DNA from: Podarcis gaigeae
Taxonomy: Eukaryota
Strand: one strand, 5' to 3'
Length of the DNA stretch: 64,000 bases
Assembly (NCBI GenBank): GCA_964106915.2
Contig: OZ066917.1
Shown: positions 48,745 to 62,581 of the stretch, piece after piece
Layout of the letters: each line of letters opens with the position of its first letter
How positions within the stretch are numbered: the first letter of the stretch is position 1
Notes under the pieces: model-generated
Database searches by the model: none
Told to the model about the DNA's origin: nothing
What the model saw: the letters and a program-made list of their open reading frames with translations, nothing else
Position numbers and translations under genes: made by a program

Positions 48745-49500
48745 CGTTGCCTCGGCGGAAACCGAAACAAGCCGGCCGGCCGACAAGAGCGGGTCTTCGG
48801 CGTCCTTTCCTCGCCCGGCTCGGCTCTCCCTCGCGAGCAACCAGAAGCAGCCGCGATCACAACGCGCCTCTTCGGCCGCCAAGCGCCGCCGCTGCTGGGG
48901 CTGCCGCCACCATTGCTGGGGGCGGACACCGCACCGGAAGCAATCCCAGGACAGCGACGGACCGGAAAGAAACCTCTTCCGGTAGCCTGCACGGGATCAT
49001 AGACTTCCCTCCGTCTCTGCAAGAAGCCTTTTTAGTCACCCATTATTAGACTGACAAAAGGTTCCAAGTTTCCGGGTTCACTCTGAGCTCGATTTTAGCC
49101 TCCCAGGGAGGAAGTCAGAAAGAACCGCTCACAGGAAGCGCTGGCGGAAGCCCAAGTTTTAATGTAGCTGCGTTTGGGCAGCGGCTTGTCGATTAAGAAG
49201 CCAACGGTAGTAGCGTTCATTTCAATGAAAGGCGGCGTAGAAATACATTTCATCTTTCTAACATAGCATGACTACCAAGCCCAAGTGGGAGGTGCCTGCC
49301 GTATCCGAAAGTTGCTTAGCAATAGCCCTGTAAGCGCAGATCTTTATTGCAGGCTGAAGATGGACTGAGGTCGTTTTGCGTTTTGCGTTTTCCATTCAGA
49401 AATGGTATCCCTCCCATGCAAAACACTCTCGAGTTACAGTGTTCAATTAAATTGATTTAAATCGTCGCCCGTTTAAACAAATAATTAAACGTGCGATTTT
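48340..49500. promoter_or_regulatory. CpG island / MED14 TATA-less housekeeping-type promoter
   Basis: CpG-dense; GC box 48920-48925; ETS/GABP-like CCGGAAG in both orientations (48934-48940, 48976-48982) plus CGGAAG at 49145-49150. Confidence 0.8.
48563..48744 (-). CDS. MED14: MED14 exon 1 coding part (182 nt)
   Basis: ACGATGG Kozak start; [16 protein letters not shown]...[23 protein letters not shown]; CT|gtgagt donor. Confidence 0.95.
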
Positions 49501-49841
49501 ATTTTTATGTTGCGTCATACTGAGTTATTTTAATGTAGGCGACTTTCGCTATTATCCTAATAGGAAAAGCGAGTTATAAACATTAACTAAACCGATCTAT
49601 CACCCAGCGCACACTCAGCACTGCTGCACAAGGAAGCCTTGACTTGCACGGAGATGCATTGTGCATTTAGCTGCAATTCCTTATCCACTAAATTGGGATG
49701 AAGCCCCATTGAATTTTATGGAGCTTCTGAGTAATAATGAAAATAATGACACTGCTTTATGCTTAAAACTATGGCTTCTACGACTTCATTTCCCACCCGA
49801 AATGAAACTTGAGTAGCAAGAACATAAGCTCCCGTTTTTGC

Positions 49842-49842
<1 letters not shown>

Positions 49843-49879
<37 letters not shown>
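49843..49879. repeat. (ATT)n microsatellite
   Basis: Directly visible; causes the poly-I and poly-L spurious ORFs. Confidence 0.95.
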
Positions 49880-49880
<1 letters not shown>

Positions 49881-52800
49881 TACTATTTTACGAGACGGAA
49901 GAAACTCTAATTTTCTTTTGGCAACTCTCATTTCCTCTCCAGGGAGAAAACAGCGCCAACAGGAACCGGAACTTCCTTCTTCAGGCATCTGAATTACGAC
50001 TTTACTCTTCAATCTCGATAGTATAGGCTCTATGGAAAGCAATGGGGCGGCCTGGCGTTACCGGCCTTCGTCTGTCTGAAGCCCTCGCCAGAGAGGGAGG
50101 CGCCGCAGAGTCACAAGAGGCCTAAAGCGGGCTGTGCTAGGCGAATTCCTGGCTCAAGAAGAGGTTGCGGCTCCTCCTTTTTTTCTCCTGACAGTTCTTG
50201 TACCTTCAACAGCTTTCAGAACAGGCTGAAATTCTTCATGCTGACAGGAAGAGAAGCCGCTCCTGCAAATCATGCAACAGTTAAAGACGCTTTGTCAGGG
50301 GGGAAAACCATATATACTGGTACTGTTTAGGTTGCCAGGCTCCAGCTGATCACTTCCATTTTACCCCTGAGTATTTCTAGCTTTTTAATGGGCTTGTTCC
50401 AGCATAAAACAAGCCATGTCATCTTGCAGTAACAACTAGACCCCTTCAAAAGCAGAAATATTTTCATAAATTAATACTTTCCATAGTATTTTTTTATTGT
50501 GGAGTGTGATTTAGAATTGCTTGTAGTGAGTTGGTGTGGTGTAATAGCAAGTGTGAAATGGAAATCTCTCATCAGCCATGGAGTTCGGAAGTTGCCTTAG
50601 GCAGCTCATTATGCAGCCTCATCAAACTTGATACCAGGGCAGTGGGCCAGCATAAAGCATCCCACACTGAGGCAATACCACTGAGTAGCTGCTTTCTCCT
50701 GCCACCTCAGCTCAGCTGGCAGGGGGTACACAGAAAAGGGCTTCTGAAAGTAACAATCAGGCAGGTTCATTTGGGAACTGGTAATCCTTCAAAAACTGGA
50801 TCCAAGTACACGTTTTAAATCTTACTTTTTTCATCTGCAGTATTATTATATGTATTAGATTTCTTATCCGCCGTTCACTATAGGATCCCAGGATGTGTTA
50901 CAATGGCAAAAGCAATACAGTTTAAAACAAAACCAACCACTAGTAAAATATTTATCATCATCATATTAATTGACAGTTTCAGACAGGTCACAAAACAACA
51001 GCCCTATTTCAGATTGGTAACAAACTCTTCACTAACAGAGAAAGGTCCCTGAGATACCTCAACAGGTGGTCACACTATGTTTAGGGTATCCAATGACACA
51101 GGTGGGCTGTTCTTCTGACAATCCACTTGTTCTTTCCCTTGGATCCAGAGCTCTATGTCCTAAGCCCTAAGACCCTAAGTTCAGACTCCTCCTGGGGTCC
51201 TAGATTCCTATCCCCTGCTCACTAGAACCTTCTTACAGGCTGGCATCCTCCAGTTCTCTGATCTCCTCCCACTTTTCCTCAACATTCAACCCCACTCCCT
51301 ATACTGAGACTCTTGGTTCCAGCTCCCATCAGACCAAGCCAACATGACCAATGATCAGGAAAGAGGGAATCTAACAATATCTGGTGGACCACAGGTTCCC
51401 CAACCCTGTACTAATTCCTGTAGTTGCTTTTTAAAAGTAAGTAAAATAATATAAACAGAAAATATTCAACATTAATATATAAGATTGGCTAAGGGTTTTA
51501 AGCCAAGAAGGGAACTTATTACTTAGAAACTTCTACCTCAGTACCACCTTCATTTGTAAAATTATATTAAAGGTTTAATATAAATTTGTGGATGCAAGAA
51601 GTCAGAAAAATTTCTAGCAATTCTAAGTGTTAGTTCAACATACCATTATATCTATCTATAGAGAGAGAGAGAGAGATAACCTTATGCTTCCCACTGTAAC
51701 AATCATTTATTATTAAAAGTGTCTCCCTACATAGTTTGTGCAATGCGATTTAGAATTATTTATAAACATTTTAATATTAAAGAAATGTAGTATAACATGT
51801 CACAAATTGGGGCCCATTAGTGACTGTATTATTCCTCGTATATTCAGTTTGCTGTCACAAACTATTGGTTTGTCAATTGTTAAGTGATTGTTGTATGTAC
51901 AATAGAGCATTCTTTACATTAGCAGTAAATTAGTTACCTATTGGTGCCTGTTGAAAATACTGAGAAATTCAGATGCAATTATATTTGAAATGGCAGTTTG
52001 AAAAAGAAAATGTCCCCCTAGAATAACATTATCATTTGCTGGCAGCTGCTGGTGCTATATAAACAGTATAATACTTCTTATCCAATCATTTCAAACGCTC
52101 CCTCCACCAGATTCTAGAAAGAGTCGTGCACGTTCTGACTGAAGGATAACATTACAATAGGCAGTCTACATATAATGGAACGGGGGCAGTGGTGGCAGGA
52201 GCAGTTAACCATGCTGCAAGGTGGTTTTTGACCAGAGAATATGGGAGTAAAATACAGGCTATAATAGATTTCTTCTTCCATTTTTAACTAGCATAAACTT
52301 CAGGTCTCCATCTTTACAGACAAAACCAGTTTTCAGCTCCTGCCTGGGCTGACAGAAGTGACTCATGTTCCAGGATTACTTTTTAATGGCCCAACCAACA
52401 ATTGCTACCAAGCTTATGAAGACCTGCAGTGGAGGACAGAATAGTTAAAAACAGAATATTGTAGTCTGAGTGCTGAGATAATGTCATAGCCCCCAAACAA
52501 AAATGTTTCATTCAAGGAGAAAGAGCTGGATCCTAAGAAACAACTACGCTTTTATTGTGCTATAAACATGGTGGGGGTATACTTCCTGCCTCTGACTAAC
52601 ACATATTGACACATATTGTTAATATCAGAAACTACTTATAAAACCTTGTTTTCCGGATTAAGGAAGAGCTCGGCTTTGTGAGGAGTAGATTGCGGAACAG
52701 AATCTCCTTTTTACACAGAAAGTCAATAAAACTTCTTACAAAAAAAGACAATAATATCCTGCTTTTCTTAGTTCATTCCGGAAGAGGCCACATTGCCAAA

Positions 52801-53741
52801 CTTGGGGCCACTTCTAAATGGTGATGGTGTAATAAACAAAAATGATTCTCATGTAGAAACTCCTAAGGATGTGGGGCGTTTTTGTGCTTGTAGGAGCATC
52901 TGGTGCAGGTGCTAATATGACCTCCACCTGCCTGGGTCCTACAGAGGTTAGTAGGAATAAAATTTGCAAAGATCTGAATTAAACAAACTTTCTTCAACTG
53001 AAACCACATTCACACCGAACAATATGCTACAGCAATTGCCCACATAGAACTAAATTTATATGTAATCTACACAGAACAAGGAAAAAAACTGCATAGAAAA
53101 CCAACCTGTCCAACCATTTAATCTAGTTCACCAAGGTGCTGAACACTTCAAAATTTACCCCATGCATACAGCTTTTGTCCCAAAGTGACAGGACAACAAT
53201 AGAAAATGGCAATGTTTAAAACACCAAATCTTGAAGGAAGCATACCTTATACAAGGTGATAAGAGACCAGAAATCTTATTCAACTTCCAGCAGAACAAAC
53301 AGAGTCATTGTGTACACATTATTACCATTTATTCCAGCTCCAGTGCACTCTCACCACTGATGTTTGAAGCCAAGTAGACATGGCATTAGCCACAATCCAT
53401 AAACATAATGCAGTTTCTTGAGAAATATTTCTGATAGATGTGCTTTCCCTCAAATCAATTTCTATCTTATTTGAAAAGCTATGGCCATTTGTAAGCCATG
53501 GTTAAGCTGAAGTATGTACATTTCCTACATCTGTTGCTCATGCACAGATGACAAATTCCCTGAATAAAAGTTCAGGGGGTTCACAAGACTTGAAAGACAG
53601 CTTGGAGAAACAAACTTGCTGCACTGTAAGCCTCTCCATCTTCACCTATACTGGCCTAAATCAGCCCATTAACTAATATGGAAGCAATCCACTCCATTAG
53701 GAGTTCCCATGTGATAAGCAGTTCTACACATTATAGCAGTA

Positions 53742-53981
53742 CAGTGTACCTCGGGTTACATACGCTTCAGGTTACATACGCTTCAGGTTACACACTTTGT
53801 TAACCCAGAAATAGTGCTTCAGGTTAAAAACTTTGCTTCAGGATAAGAACAGAAATCGGGCTCCGGCAGCGCGGTGGCAGCGGGAGGCCCCATTAGCTAA
53901 AGTGGTGCTTCAGGTTAAGAACAGTTTCAGGTTAAGAACGGACCTCCGGAACGAATTAAGTACTTAACCTGAGTACCACTG
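53742..53981 (+). mobile_element. Tc1/mariner MITE (about 230-bp family), copy 3
   Basis: TA flanks, TIRs, internal tandem duplication of GGTTACATACGCTTCA. Confidence 0.85.
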
Positions 53982-56051
53982 TATAAGGAAGTCTGCACAA
54001 TACTACTGAATTTTCACTTTAAATTGTATAAGTCCCTTCACACTGTAAGTTTGATTTAACTTCCTATCTCGAACATGTTTCTAATTAACCACATAAGAAG
54101 GTACTATAATAGTTGTTATAAACTAGGTATTTTGGAAGTAATGTCTATGTCCTAGGAGGAGTGCCTGTATTTGCGTGAAATATTTAATGGTTCGTCTTGG
54201 GTAAGTGCAATGATTGTGAGTTATTTATGACGCTGTGAGTTGCAAAGGTGATCTGGGGGTTAGGCTATATGCTAGAATCCATTCTGTATGCATTGGGGGA
54301 AACACCAGGGAGAGGCGTGTAATTCTGATATATCCAGTAGCAGGAGGCGGATTGTGCTGTAAATATTCTGTCTTGTGACCTTGGCCAAGTTAGAAAGGAA
54401 ACTGATAAGATTTAACTGCTGCTGACCAAATTCACCCCCTTAGACCAGCCCATAGTCTAGAGAAGCCGATGCACTTGGATTTAAATTGTTTGGCACCTAA
54501 GTCCTAAGAGCATTTACTTGGTACTAAGATGCATTGATTTCAGTAGAACATATTGCCAAATAAGCATGCTTATCTGTGAATAATGAAGGCAGCTGATGAT
54601 GATGATATCTATACTGCCCTTTATCTGAGCATTACAGGGCGGTTTTCAGATTCTGCTATGTTAGTCTTATAAATGAATTACATTGGCTTAACTGGGTTAT
54701 AGAGAGGAGATGTGAATATGGAGATCTTGTAATAGAAAGAGCTTCGGCTGTTGATGCCTTTCCATGCTGATTGGGGCTGGTGGTAGAGTCTAACAAAATA
54801 TAGGAGACACAAATTCCCTATGAAGCCTTTGCCTATTAAAAAATAAAATGTGCAACTTTCTAATGTGGGGAAAGTGCTGGTGCATGCATTGCCAAATACA
54901 CTATACTGTATGTTTGTTTTATGTACTGCTCCATATGAAATGCACATGGCATGCTGTTGTGCATAATATGCTATTGCATGTGTTTTTCCGTGGCATACTG
55001 CTGCATGTTTCCACATGTTAGGGCGCTACATGTCTCTCTGTGTGTATGAGATAGTGTGACAGAGAGAATTCTACTGACATAACACTTGATTTGCAGCCAC
55101 AGACTTTGTTCACTTCCTCTTATCTGCTAAGCAGGCTTTGAGATCTCTGCAATGTTTGCAGTCTGTGATAACAGTGGCCTACATGCCAGGATTGTTGTAG
55201 GCACACTTTTTCATCTTTTTTCATGCCCCTTTTGGGGCACTACACTGCCAAGTATATTTTTTGAACCATTGGACTAACTATAAAGATAACAACCCAAACA
55301 GCATTAATTTAGAGACAATTATAAAAAAACAGCTACTTTACAGTGTTGATGTAAAGATAACTTAGATAATATACTTGAAATGCTTTTAACACCTTCAAAT
55401 GCAATATACTCGCAAAGTTGCAGAGCCATGCTGAAATTAATTTTTGCTTCCCCACCCTGCAACCAATAGATTTCTCTTAACATGAATATCCTAGAATATA
55501 CAGGTCCTTGACTTTACAGGTTAAAGACTGCTCTGGGTTCCTTCACACTCGCATTTTACTGACACTTCTGTTCCTAGCATTTTGTGAGGCACCAGGTTTT
55601 TAATCTTTTTTCTCCAATTTGCAGTTGGGGGGAGGCAACTTGTTTATACACTTATTTACAGCATTTATCTAATTCAAAACTGCTGAAAGTGAAGCATAAA
55701 CTAAAAGCATTGTAATCTAAAATACAGGCAACCCCCCCCCCCCGTTTGTGTGGAGGTTGCTTTCTGTGTCATTGCACAAGTCAGGAGAGCACGCATAAGC
55801 CTTCCCTTCCCCACCCCCATTAGCAGCCTCTCCTGGATCGTGTGCACTGTTGTGAGTTCAAAGGACGTGTGCAAAATGGTCGTCCCCTATATTGATAACA
55901 ATATTATACCATGGTTGCAGTTGGAGACCCAGATCTGTAGAGATGCCCCTTCCTTTCATAAGGATGATCACAGGCTGGTAATCAGGCATGTATGTGGTTG
56001 GGTTCAAAACTTAGCAACATTAAGAGCTGCTTTTAATCACTTACCTTTTTT

Positions 56052-56188
56052 CAGTGACTTTTTTTCTAAAAAAATGTTTAGGGGTACTCTCATTTTCCTA
56101 CTCATATAGAAATACTGCCCCTCAATGAAGCCAAACCTAGATTCACAAAATGTTTAGGGGTATGCGTCCTCACAGGAAAAAAACACTA
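56052..56188 (+). mobile_element. Short hAT-type MITE, copy 1
   Basis: CAGTGACTTTTT...AAAAAAACACT ends; about 95 nt near-identical to copy 2. Confidence 0.65.
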
Positions 56189-56706
56189 TTTTTTGCAGAA
56201 ATTTCTAGAAGCGACTGAAAATGCTACCTTTGGGTGCTAAATCATACAAGGCTCTGAATAAGGTAGACAACAAATGGAGCCAACAATCGCATTCTGCTGC
56301 AGTATATTTTCTGCAACAGATGAAGGAATTGAGATCTAAACTGTGATTTGCCACCTGATCAGCTTTTTATCAACCATTTTTACTTGCTCAGGTTTCACAG
56401 AGCCAGTGATTTTCTTGTGACTCATTCATCTCACACACTCAACACTCTCTTCCGCTCTTTTCCTGTGGGCACAAATAATTCAAGTGTCTAAAAGTTACCT
56501 GCAGTAATTCTATTGTGGACTTCGAGGCACCTCCATTTGCAGCACTTACACACCTTTATCCCAACAAAATAGAATAGAATTGCAGCTTCTGTACTGAAAT
56601 GGCTGCAACACAATAGCAAAATGTCCCGCATTTGCTCTGAACTCCAGAGTGAGCTTTTCAACTATGGACACTTTTACAAACCTTTTGTAATCATTTTTGT
56701 AAAACT

Positions 56707-56848
56707 CACTGCTTTAAAAAAAATGTTTAGGGGTACTCTCATTTTCCTACTCATATTGAAATACTGCCCCTCAATGAGGCAAAACTTAGATTCACAAAAT
56801 GTTTAGGGGTATGTGTACGCCTGCATCCCCCCCAGAAAAAAAGCAGTG
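56707..56848 (+). mobile_element. Short hAT-type MITE, copy 2
   Basis: TIRs CACTGCTTT / AAAGCAGTG; TSD GTAAAACT / GTAAAAGT (7/8). Confidence 0.75.
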
Positions 56849-58005
56849 GTAAAAGTTGTTCTTTCTTTTTTTTTGTAAATACTGCAGATTTCCTCCTACT
56901 GTTTCCTTTCCTACATGATCCGTCATTTGGTGTAAATACAGAACTGTTTCATTTTATTTTAAAAACATTAGAATTCACACACTTTAAGTAATAAGAGTTC
57001 TTAAAAATTAATAAATATTTGAATTCAAAGAGTGTTCATTTCAAGCACAGACCAATTCTTTCTGCAAGCATCTATGTATACATTTTAGTCATAAAATTAA
57101 AATTAGGAGAGCATGGGAAAATTGTTATTTTACATGCTGATGCATGAAAAGATATTTAGACAATTTCTTTTGTTTATATTTGCAATATACAGCCACAATG
57201 GGGAAATATTGTAATTTATTTATTGTTTAAAAAGGAAATTGTTAAAGCAAATAGGTAAAATATAATTTATTTGATAGAAGTTGGCACTGAGATATGAACT
57301 GCTTCTTTCAGAACTGAATAAAACCTGAGGTTGGAAGAACCCATCACATTCACCACTAAATGACTAGTGCATAATAACTTGCCACAAAGCAAATTTACCT
57401 CTAAGAGATATTTGTATAATTCATATTACTATGGTAACCAAATGCCTTTCAAAGCATACATATTATATACCAAAGGGATTTGCTATTCTCCTTTTTTCCT
57501 TTCATACCTGAGGGTAGCAATTTTATGTATATTGTTAGGAATTTGACTTTTGCTGTTAATGCATCTATCACTTTGGTTTTTCATAAAGAGTTCCTTAAAA
57601 GGGGCCAAAGAATAAATAAAATAATATTAAGATTTTTTGAGAGTGGAACTTTGAAATGCAACAGTCATCAAAGTTTGGGAAGGCGACACTTGTTCAACAG
57701 AAACAGTCTGGATCCAGTTTGCAGGTTGAATTAAGGGGGTGGGGTGGAGAGAGAGAGAGAAAGAGGAGGGAATTGTGATTTGGGGGGGACAAAGTACCTT
57801 TGGGTGCAATAGCTCTCACTGGAAATCTGATGCAGAGTAAGTGGGATTGCTGCCTGTTATAGGAGTGTTCTCTCCAAAGGAAACTAAAGCTTCGCTTGAA
57901 CTGTTCACCCCTTGAGGAAGTGGAGAACATGTCACAGTTGTGGGATGGATTGACTCATTCATTGGGTTATTCAAATTATTTGTTCAGTTGCATATAACCT
58001 AGAAA

Positions 58006-58007
<2 letters not shown>

Positions 58008-58073
<66 letters not shown>
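58008..58073. repeat. Compound (CT)n(CA)n microsatellite
   Basis: Directly visible. Confidence 0.95.
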
Positions 58074-58076
<3 letters not shown>

Positions 58077-58564
58077 GCGCTGGCTCCAGGGAGCTGAGGC
58101 ACTGTGTCACCCCCCATGCTTTTTTTAGGGGAGGCCATTGTTAGAACTGGGCACAGAACAATGTCAAGATACTGTGTCGGGCCACCCCAATGTGTTTCAG
58201 AAGATGGCACCTCTGAGCCACACTCATTGGCCTTGCTGTTGCATCCTCTACCAGTCCGTTCTCCTGCCCTCCACCTGCTGGAGCTTCAAGTCTCCTCTAG
58301 GCATGTAGGTTCTTTGTGAGATGGAGAAATGTGATTGTGCAGGTTTCTAAATTGCATGGGAAGTCCAGTTGCATAGAGCAGGCTCCTCACTTCAGGACAG
58401 CAGCCCCAGTGCACAGGAACTGGCTGATAGGGGATGTAATGGGGGGGGGGGCAGCCAGGTTGATCCTATTTTCCCCATCATGTGATGGTAATAATGTGAG
58501 TGGCAAATGAGTGAGTAACCTACATCTGTCCCTCAAAATAAGGTATATGAAATATACCCTAAAT

Positions 58565-58700
58565 CAGGGCATTTTTTCAGCAGGAACTCACCAGAACTCA
58601 GTTTCAGCACCTCTCAGGTAGTCACCGTTGCCATTCTAACAGAATGAGAAAGGCGGTCGTGGTGAGTTCTGGTACCTCTTTTTCTATAAAAATAGCACTG
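58565..58700. mobile_element. Short hAT-type MITE
   Basis: CAGGGCATTTT / AAAATAGCACTG ends; TSD CCCTAAAT / GCCTAAAT (7/8). Confidence 0.7.
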
Positions 58701-60156
58701 GCCTAAATGCCTAAGGTATTGATGATATATATGCTTTTAATTGCCACTATCCCTTAATTTATTAGAAATTTCTGGCAAGTTGATTTTTGAACAGTTGCCA
58801 ACGCAACTATTTTGCGCATCTGAGGGCCAAACCAGATGTGACAGTGACGGGCAAGTGTTTTCCTCTTACATGGCTTCCCATTCCACATATACTTCACACC
58901 CACCCTATACATTTAAAGCACAATTAGAACACATTTGACTCCCCCTCCTATGGAATCCTGGGAACCATAGTTTATTAAGAGCGCTGGGAATTATAGCTCC
59001 ATGAGGTGAAAACTACATTTCTTAGGACTGTTTGGGGAGAGCCATGCGGTTTGAAGGTGGATGTGTGGTTTTACTTAAAACAGAAAAGGATGGCATGTGG
59101 TGAGGGGTGCTGAACACTGAGCTCTCCCATGCCTTTCCTCTCTTCAGACTTTTATTTGTGCCTGATTCACTTCCGGCATTAGAGCTAGAAGGAGAGAACA
59201 TTGGCCCTAGAGCAAATGGGTCGGAAGTGAGTGAGGCAGACCTTTTGTATGTGCTCATTTTACCGTTCAAGAGACCCAGCTCCATTCCCCACATTCTGAG
59301 GGTGGTAGTGGTTTTCATCAAATCTAATTTCACCCTGAGAGTGAATAACTTGCCCAGGGCCTCCCAAGTATTCAGACAAGGCCTCACAAGTATGTAGAGC
59401 ATGGCCAGCTCTGCAGAGCAAAATCATTTTCCACACTGTATAAGTTATTTCTCAGTGTTCCAAGTACAATAAGCTTTTGGACTGTCACGGAGCTGCAAGC
59501 ATGTAACTCTGTGGAGAGCTGTCTTGCTCCAGCTGTATTTTCCCTGTGAGCTAAGCATTCAGAAACATGAGTCACTACAGAGCAGTGAAACGAAATGGGA
59601 GCTACTGAATAGGAGCAGTCTTCAGGATCATTATATGGATCCTTTGCTTGAGACTCCCACAATCCCTTCATTAACATCTGTGATTGAGAAAAACATCCAG
59701 CAAGATTCCTCAGGCAATGTACTGTGACCAGTTTTTGCAGTCTTAATCTAAAAAGAAGCTTTGTTTCCAAGAATGGAGGGAACATTACGAGGCATTTTCT
59801 CAATAAAGATGGTTCGCAGCACAGCCTGATTTTTGCATGGGAGCCTTCCAAATGTTGCTATTAGAACAAAAACAAAACCCACAAAACCATTTCAATTGCT
59901 ATGTGCATTTCTGGATTTCCACCAAAAAGGGGGGGGGGAGTTTCCTCTCAGCAGTAGAAAACAATTTATCCCAAAATAGTACAGCTTAAAGCATGAGTGG
60001 GACTAATATTTTAAAATATGTGCAACGTGCAATTAAAATGAAAATACTCATGATGTGTGCATCAAAGTAGGTAGTTTCTTTTCTTCTCACCCTCAAGTCA
60101 GATACTCATCAAGCAAATACAAATGTGTGTTTGGCTTGCCTATGGAAGGGGAATTA

Positions 60157-60382
60157 CAGTGGTACCTCAGGTTACATACGCTTCAGGTTACATACTCCGC
60201 TAACTGAGAAATAGTACCATGGAGTAAGAACTTTGCTTCAGGATGAGAACTGAAATCGCGCAGCGGCGGTGCGGCAGCAGCGGGAGGCCTCATTAACTAA
60301 AGTGGTGCTTCAGGTTAAGAACAGTTTCAGGTTAAGAACGGACCTCCAGAACAAATTCAGTACGTAACAAGAGGTACCACTG
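60157..60382 (+). mobile_element. Tc1/mariner MITE (about 230-bp family), copy 4
   Basis: TA|CAGTGGTACCTC...GAGGTACCACTG|TA. Confidence 0.85.
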
Positions 60383-61890
60383 TAGTCTTCAGAATATTCC
60401 TCTTGTGACATTTATTGACTGCACTTCCACAACTCTTTCCTCTCATGCATTTAATTCTCACACCAACTCTATTTATCAGATTTATCAGACACTCTGTAGG
60501 CTCTTCAGTGGAGTACTAAAGGATCACATCACTCTCTCTATCCAAGTTTCTTTCTTGTACTAGGAAAGTTCCGCTATGCTATGTTCATCTCTTCTTCTGC
60601 TTACAGTTACAGTACATGCCTTTGTGTGAGAAAAATGAGAGCCAACTTCCAATGTTTGAGAACATAAGCAATATATGCATGTACAAACAGCTGAATATTT
60701 TGTAACTGGTTTTTATTGGTAGTCATCCTCCTATCTCTATAAAGGTAATTGAAAAGAAGTTTAGGGTACATACACTGTTGTGTCTCTTTAAGCAGGCAGC
60801 AACTCTACTCATTCCTCAGGCGGGGGGGGGTTGCATAAGCAACAAGGGACCTAACTAGCTTTGATAAATGGTTTTTGAACTCTGATGGAGCAGGTAAAGG
60901 CACGGTATCCTCTTTTTATAATATGTTATTGGGAATTGATAGATTTGAAGCTCACGCAATGAGATTGGGAAATTCAATTGTAGATTTAGGTAGACAAAGA
61001 GGACCAGCTGATGGGTTGTGGACTCTTTAAGTCAATATTGACACAAACCAGGGAACTGTCTTTAAAACTTTTGTATGGCTGGTATCTAACACACCTACCA
61101 TCATATCTGGTGGGACTGCATGGAGATTCAAATGTTCCAGTATGTGTGTGTGAGTTTTTGAAGAAATCTCTAGGATTACAAAGCAAAATGTCCCAGCATC
61201 TTCAACACTGGCCTTATTATGTTTGTTTGTTTGATGGATGGAAGCTGTATAAGAGAAACACCTTGCTGTTGTGTGCTTCAAATGTAGCCTACTTATAAAG
61301 GTAAGAACTATCTCCAATGCCTCTGGTCCCAGTCACCACTGGCATGTGGCCCCCGGAAGGCTCTTACTTTGGGAATGTGGCCCTACCCCTGCCATAGATA
61401 GACAGCAATGTAAAGGTGGGCCTGGAATACAAGTTTCTCAAAGGCCAAGTTTCTCAAAGACCCCAACCTCACCACTGCTCCATCACCAGTTCTACCAGCT
61501 GTGACAGATCTACTCGCTGAAGCTAACTATGTTTTATTTTGTTTGCCTACCTACCCTGTAAAAATTAATGTAGATGCTCCTGACCACAGGCCCCTGAACC
61601 CTGCTCTATAAACTGGGTGGTTCCTTTTCTTTTCTTTTCTTTTCTTTTCTTTTTTTTTAGAAAGTGGGAGCATTGTCAAGCATATTTTAATCATTTCTTA
61701 ACCATCTCGCTAGGTTTTGGGCCTCAACACATATTGCTATGGGTTTCCCACTGTGTTGTTGTTTTCCCTTGATGCATCTATTGTATCTTTCAAAACGTGT
61801 ACATGGTAAACTAACAGATAAAGGTGGCAACCCTACTAAAATTTAATCAATAGGGTAGGTGTCTTTTTTATAAAACTGCTTATGTTTAGC

Positions 61891-62581
61891 AACCGTTTCA
61901 TTTAAAATATTGTTACAGGCCACCCCAATCTCCGCCAAGTGGTAGCAGAGAATCCAGGGGTCTGTGCACTTAATCAGGGTTTGGGAAAAATGAGGCACAG
62001 CAGAGACCAGTGTATTTGAGAAATATGGTTTATTTTACACATATTTACAACCTAGGTTTTGTTGGAGAAATAATTCATAGGATATACATCCCAAGAGAGG
62101 TTTCTCTTTCTCAGCAGTGCAGCATTACATCCCGAGGCATCCTAAGTGTCATCCCTATATCTCTCTGTAGTAGTCTGCTATAGCCAGCCAGCATTTCTGC
62201 TGCCCTTCAGTCCCCGCATGAAGTTCTGCCCACTTCCTGCTCCTTTACCCAGAACCCTTGCTCCCAAACCTCTGTTTTAAACCTCTGTAGTGACATCATG
62301 CCCCCTGTTACCCTGGAAACCTCCCCCTTGCACTTCTTCTGTTCTGTCCAGTTCTCAGTCAGGGAAAGGACGGTATCTGCATGGTCAAATTGTTCTTAAT
62401 AGCCTATTACTTAGTTCTCCTCAGTTGTCCTTGTGCAATCTCCTGAACAGGAGAACAGGTTCAGCCTCTATTTTTCCCTGGCCTGACATCTTCCCTTTAT
62501 ACTCCCCAAACCAGCTAAATTCTACCTCCTTACTACATCTAGGATTATGGGGAGTCTGCAGCCACCCACACATTTGTAACA
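61891..62581 (-). mobile_element. Solo LTR (Gypsy or ERV type), 691 bp
   Basis: TGTTACA...TGTAACA termini, 4-bp TSD ATAT, AATAAA on minus strand at 62034-62029. Confidence 0.65.

Noticed and set aside
48339-49049. 100-227 aa ORFs overlapping MED14 exon 1
   Set aside because: Alternative and antisense frames in a CpG island with low-complexity Arg/Pro/Ala content
59022-59851. 126-aa and 155-aa ORFs in the upstream intergenic region
   Set aside because: No recognisable domain, no clear exon boundaries or promoter; a BLASTX search would be needed to rescue them
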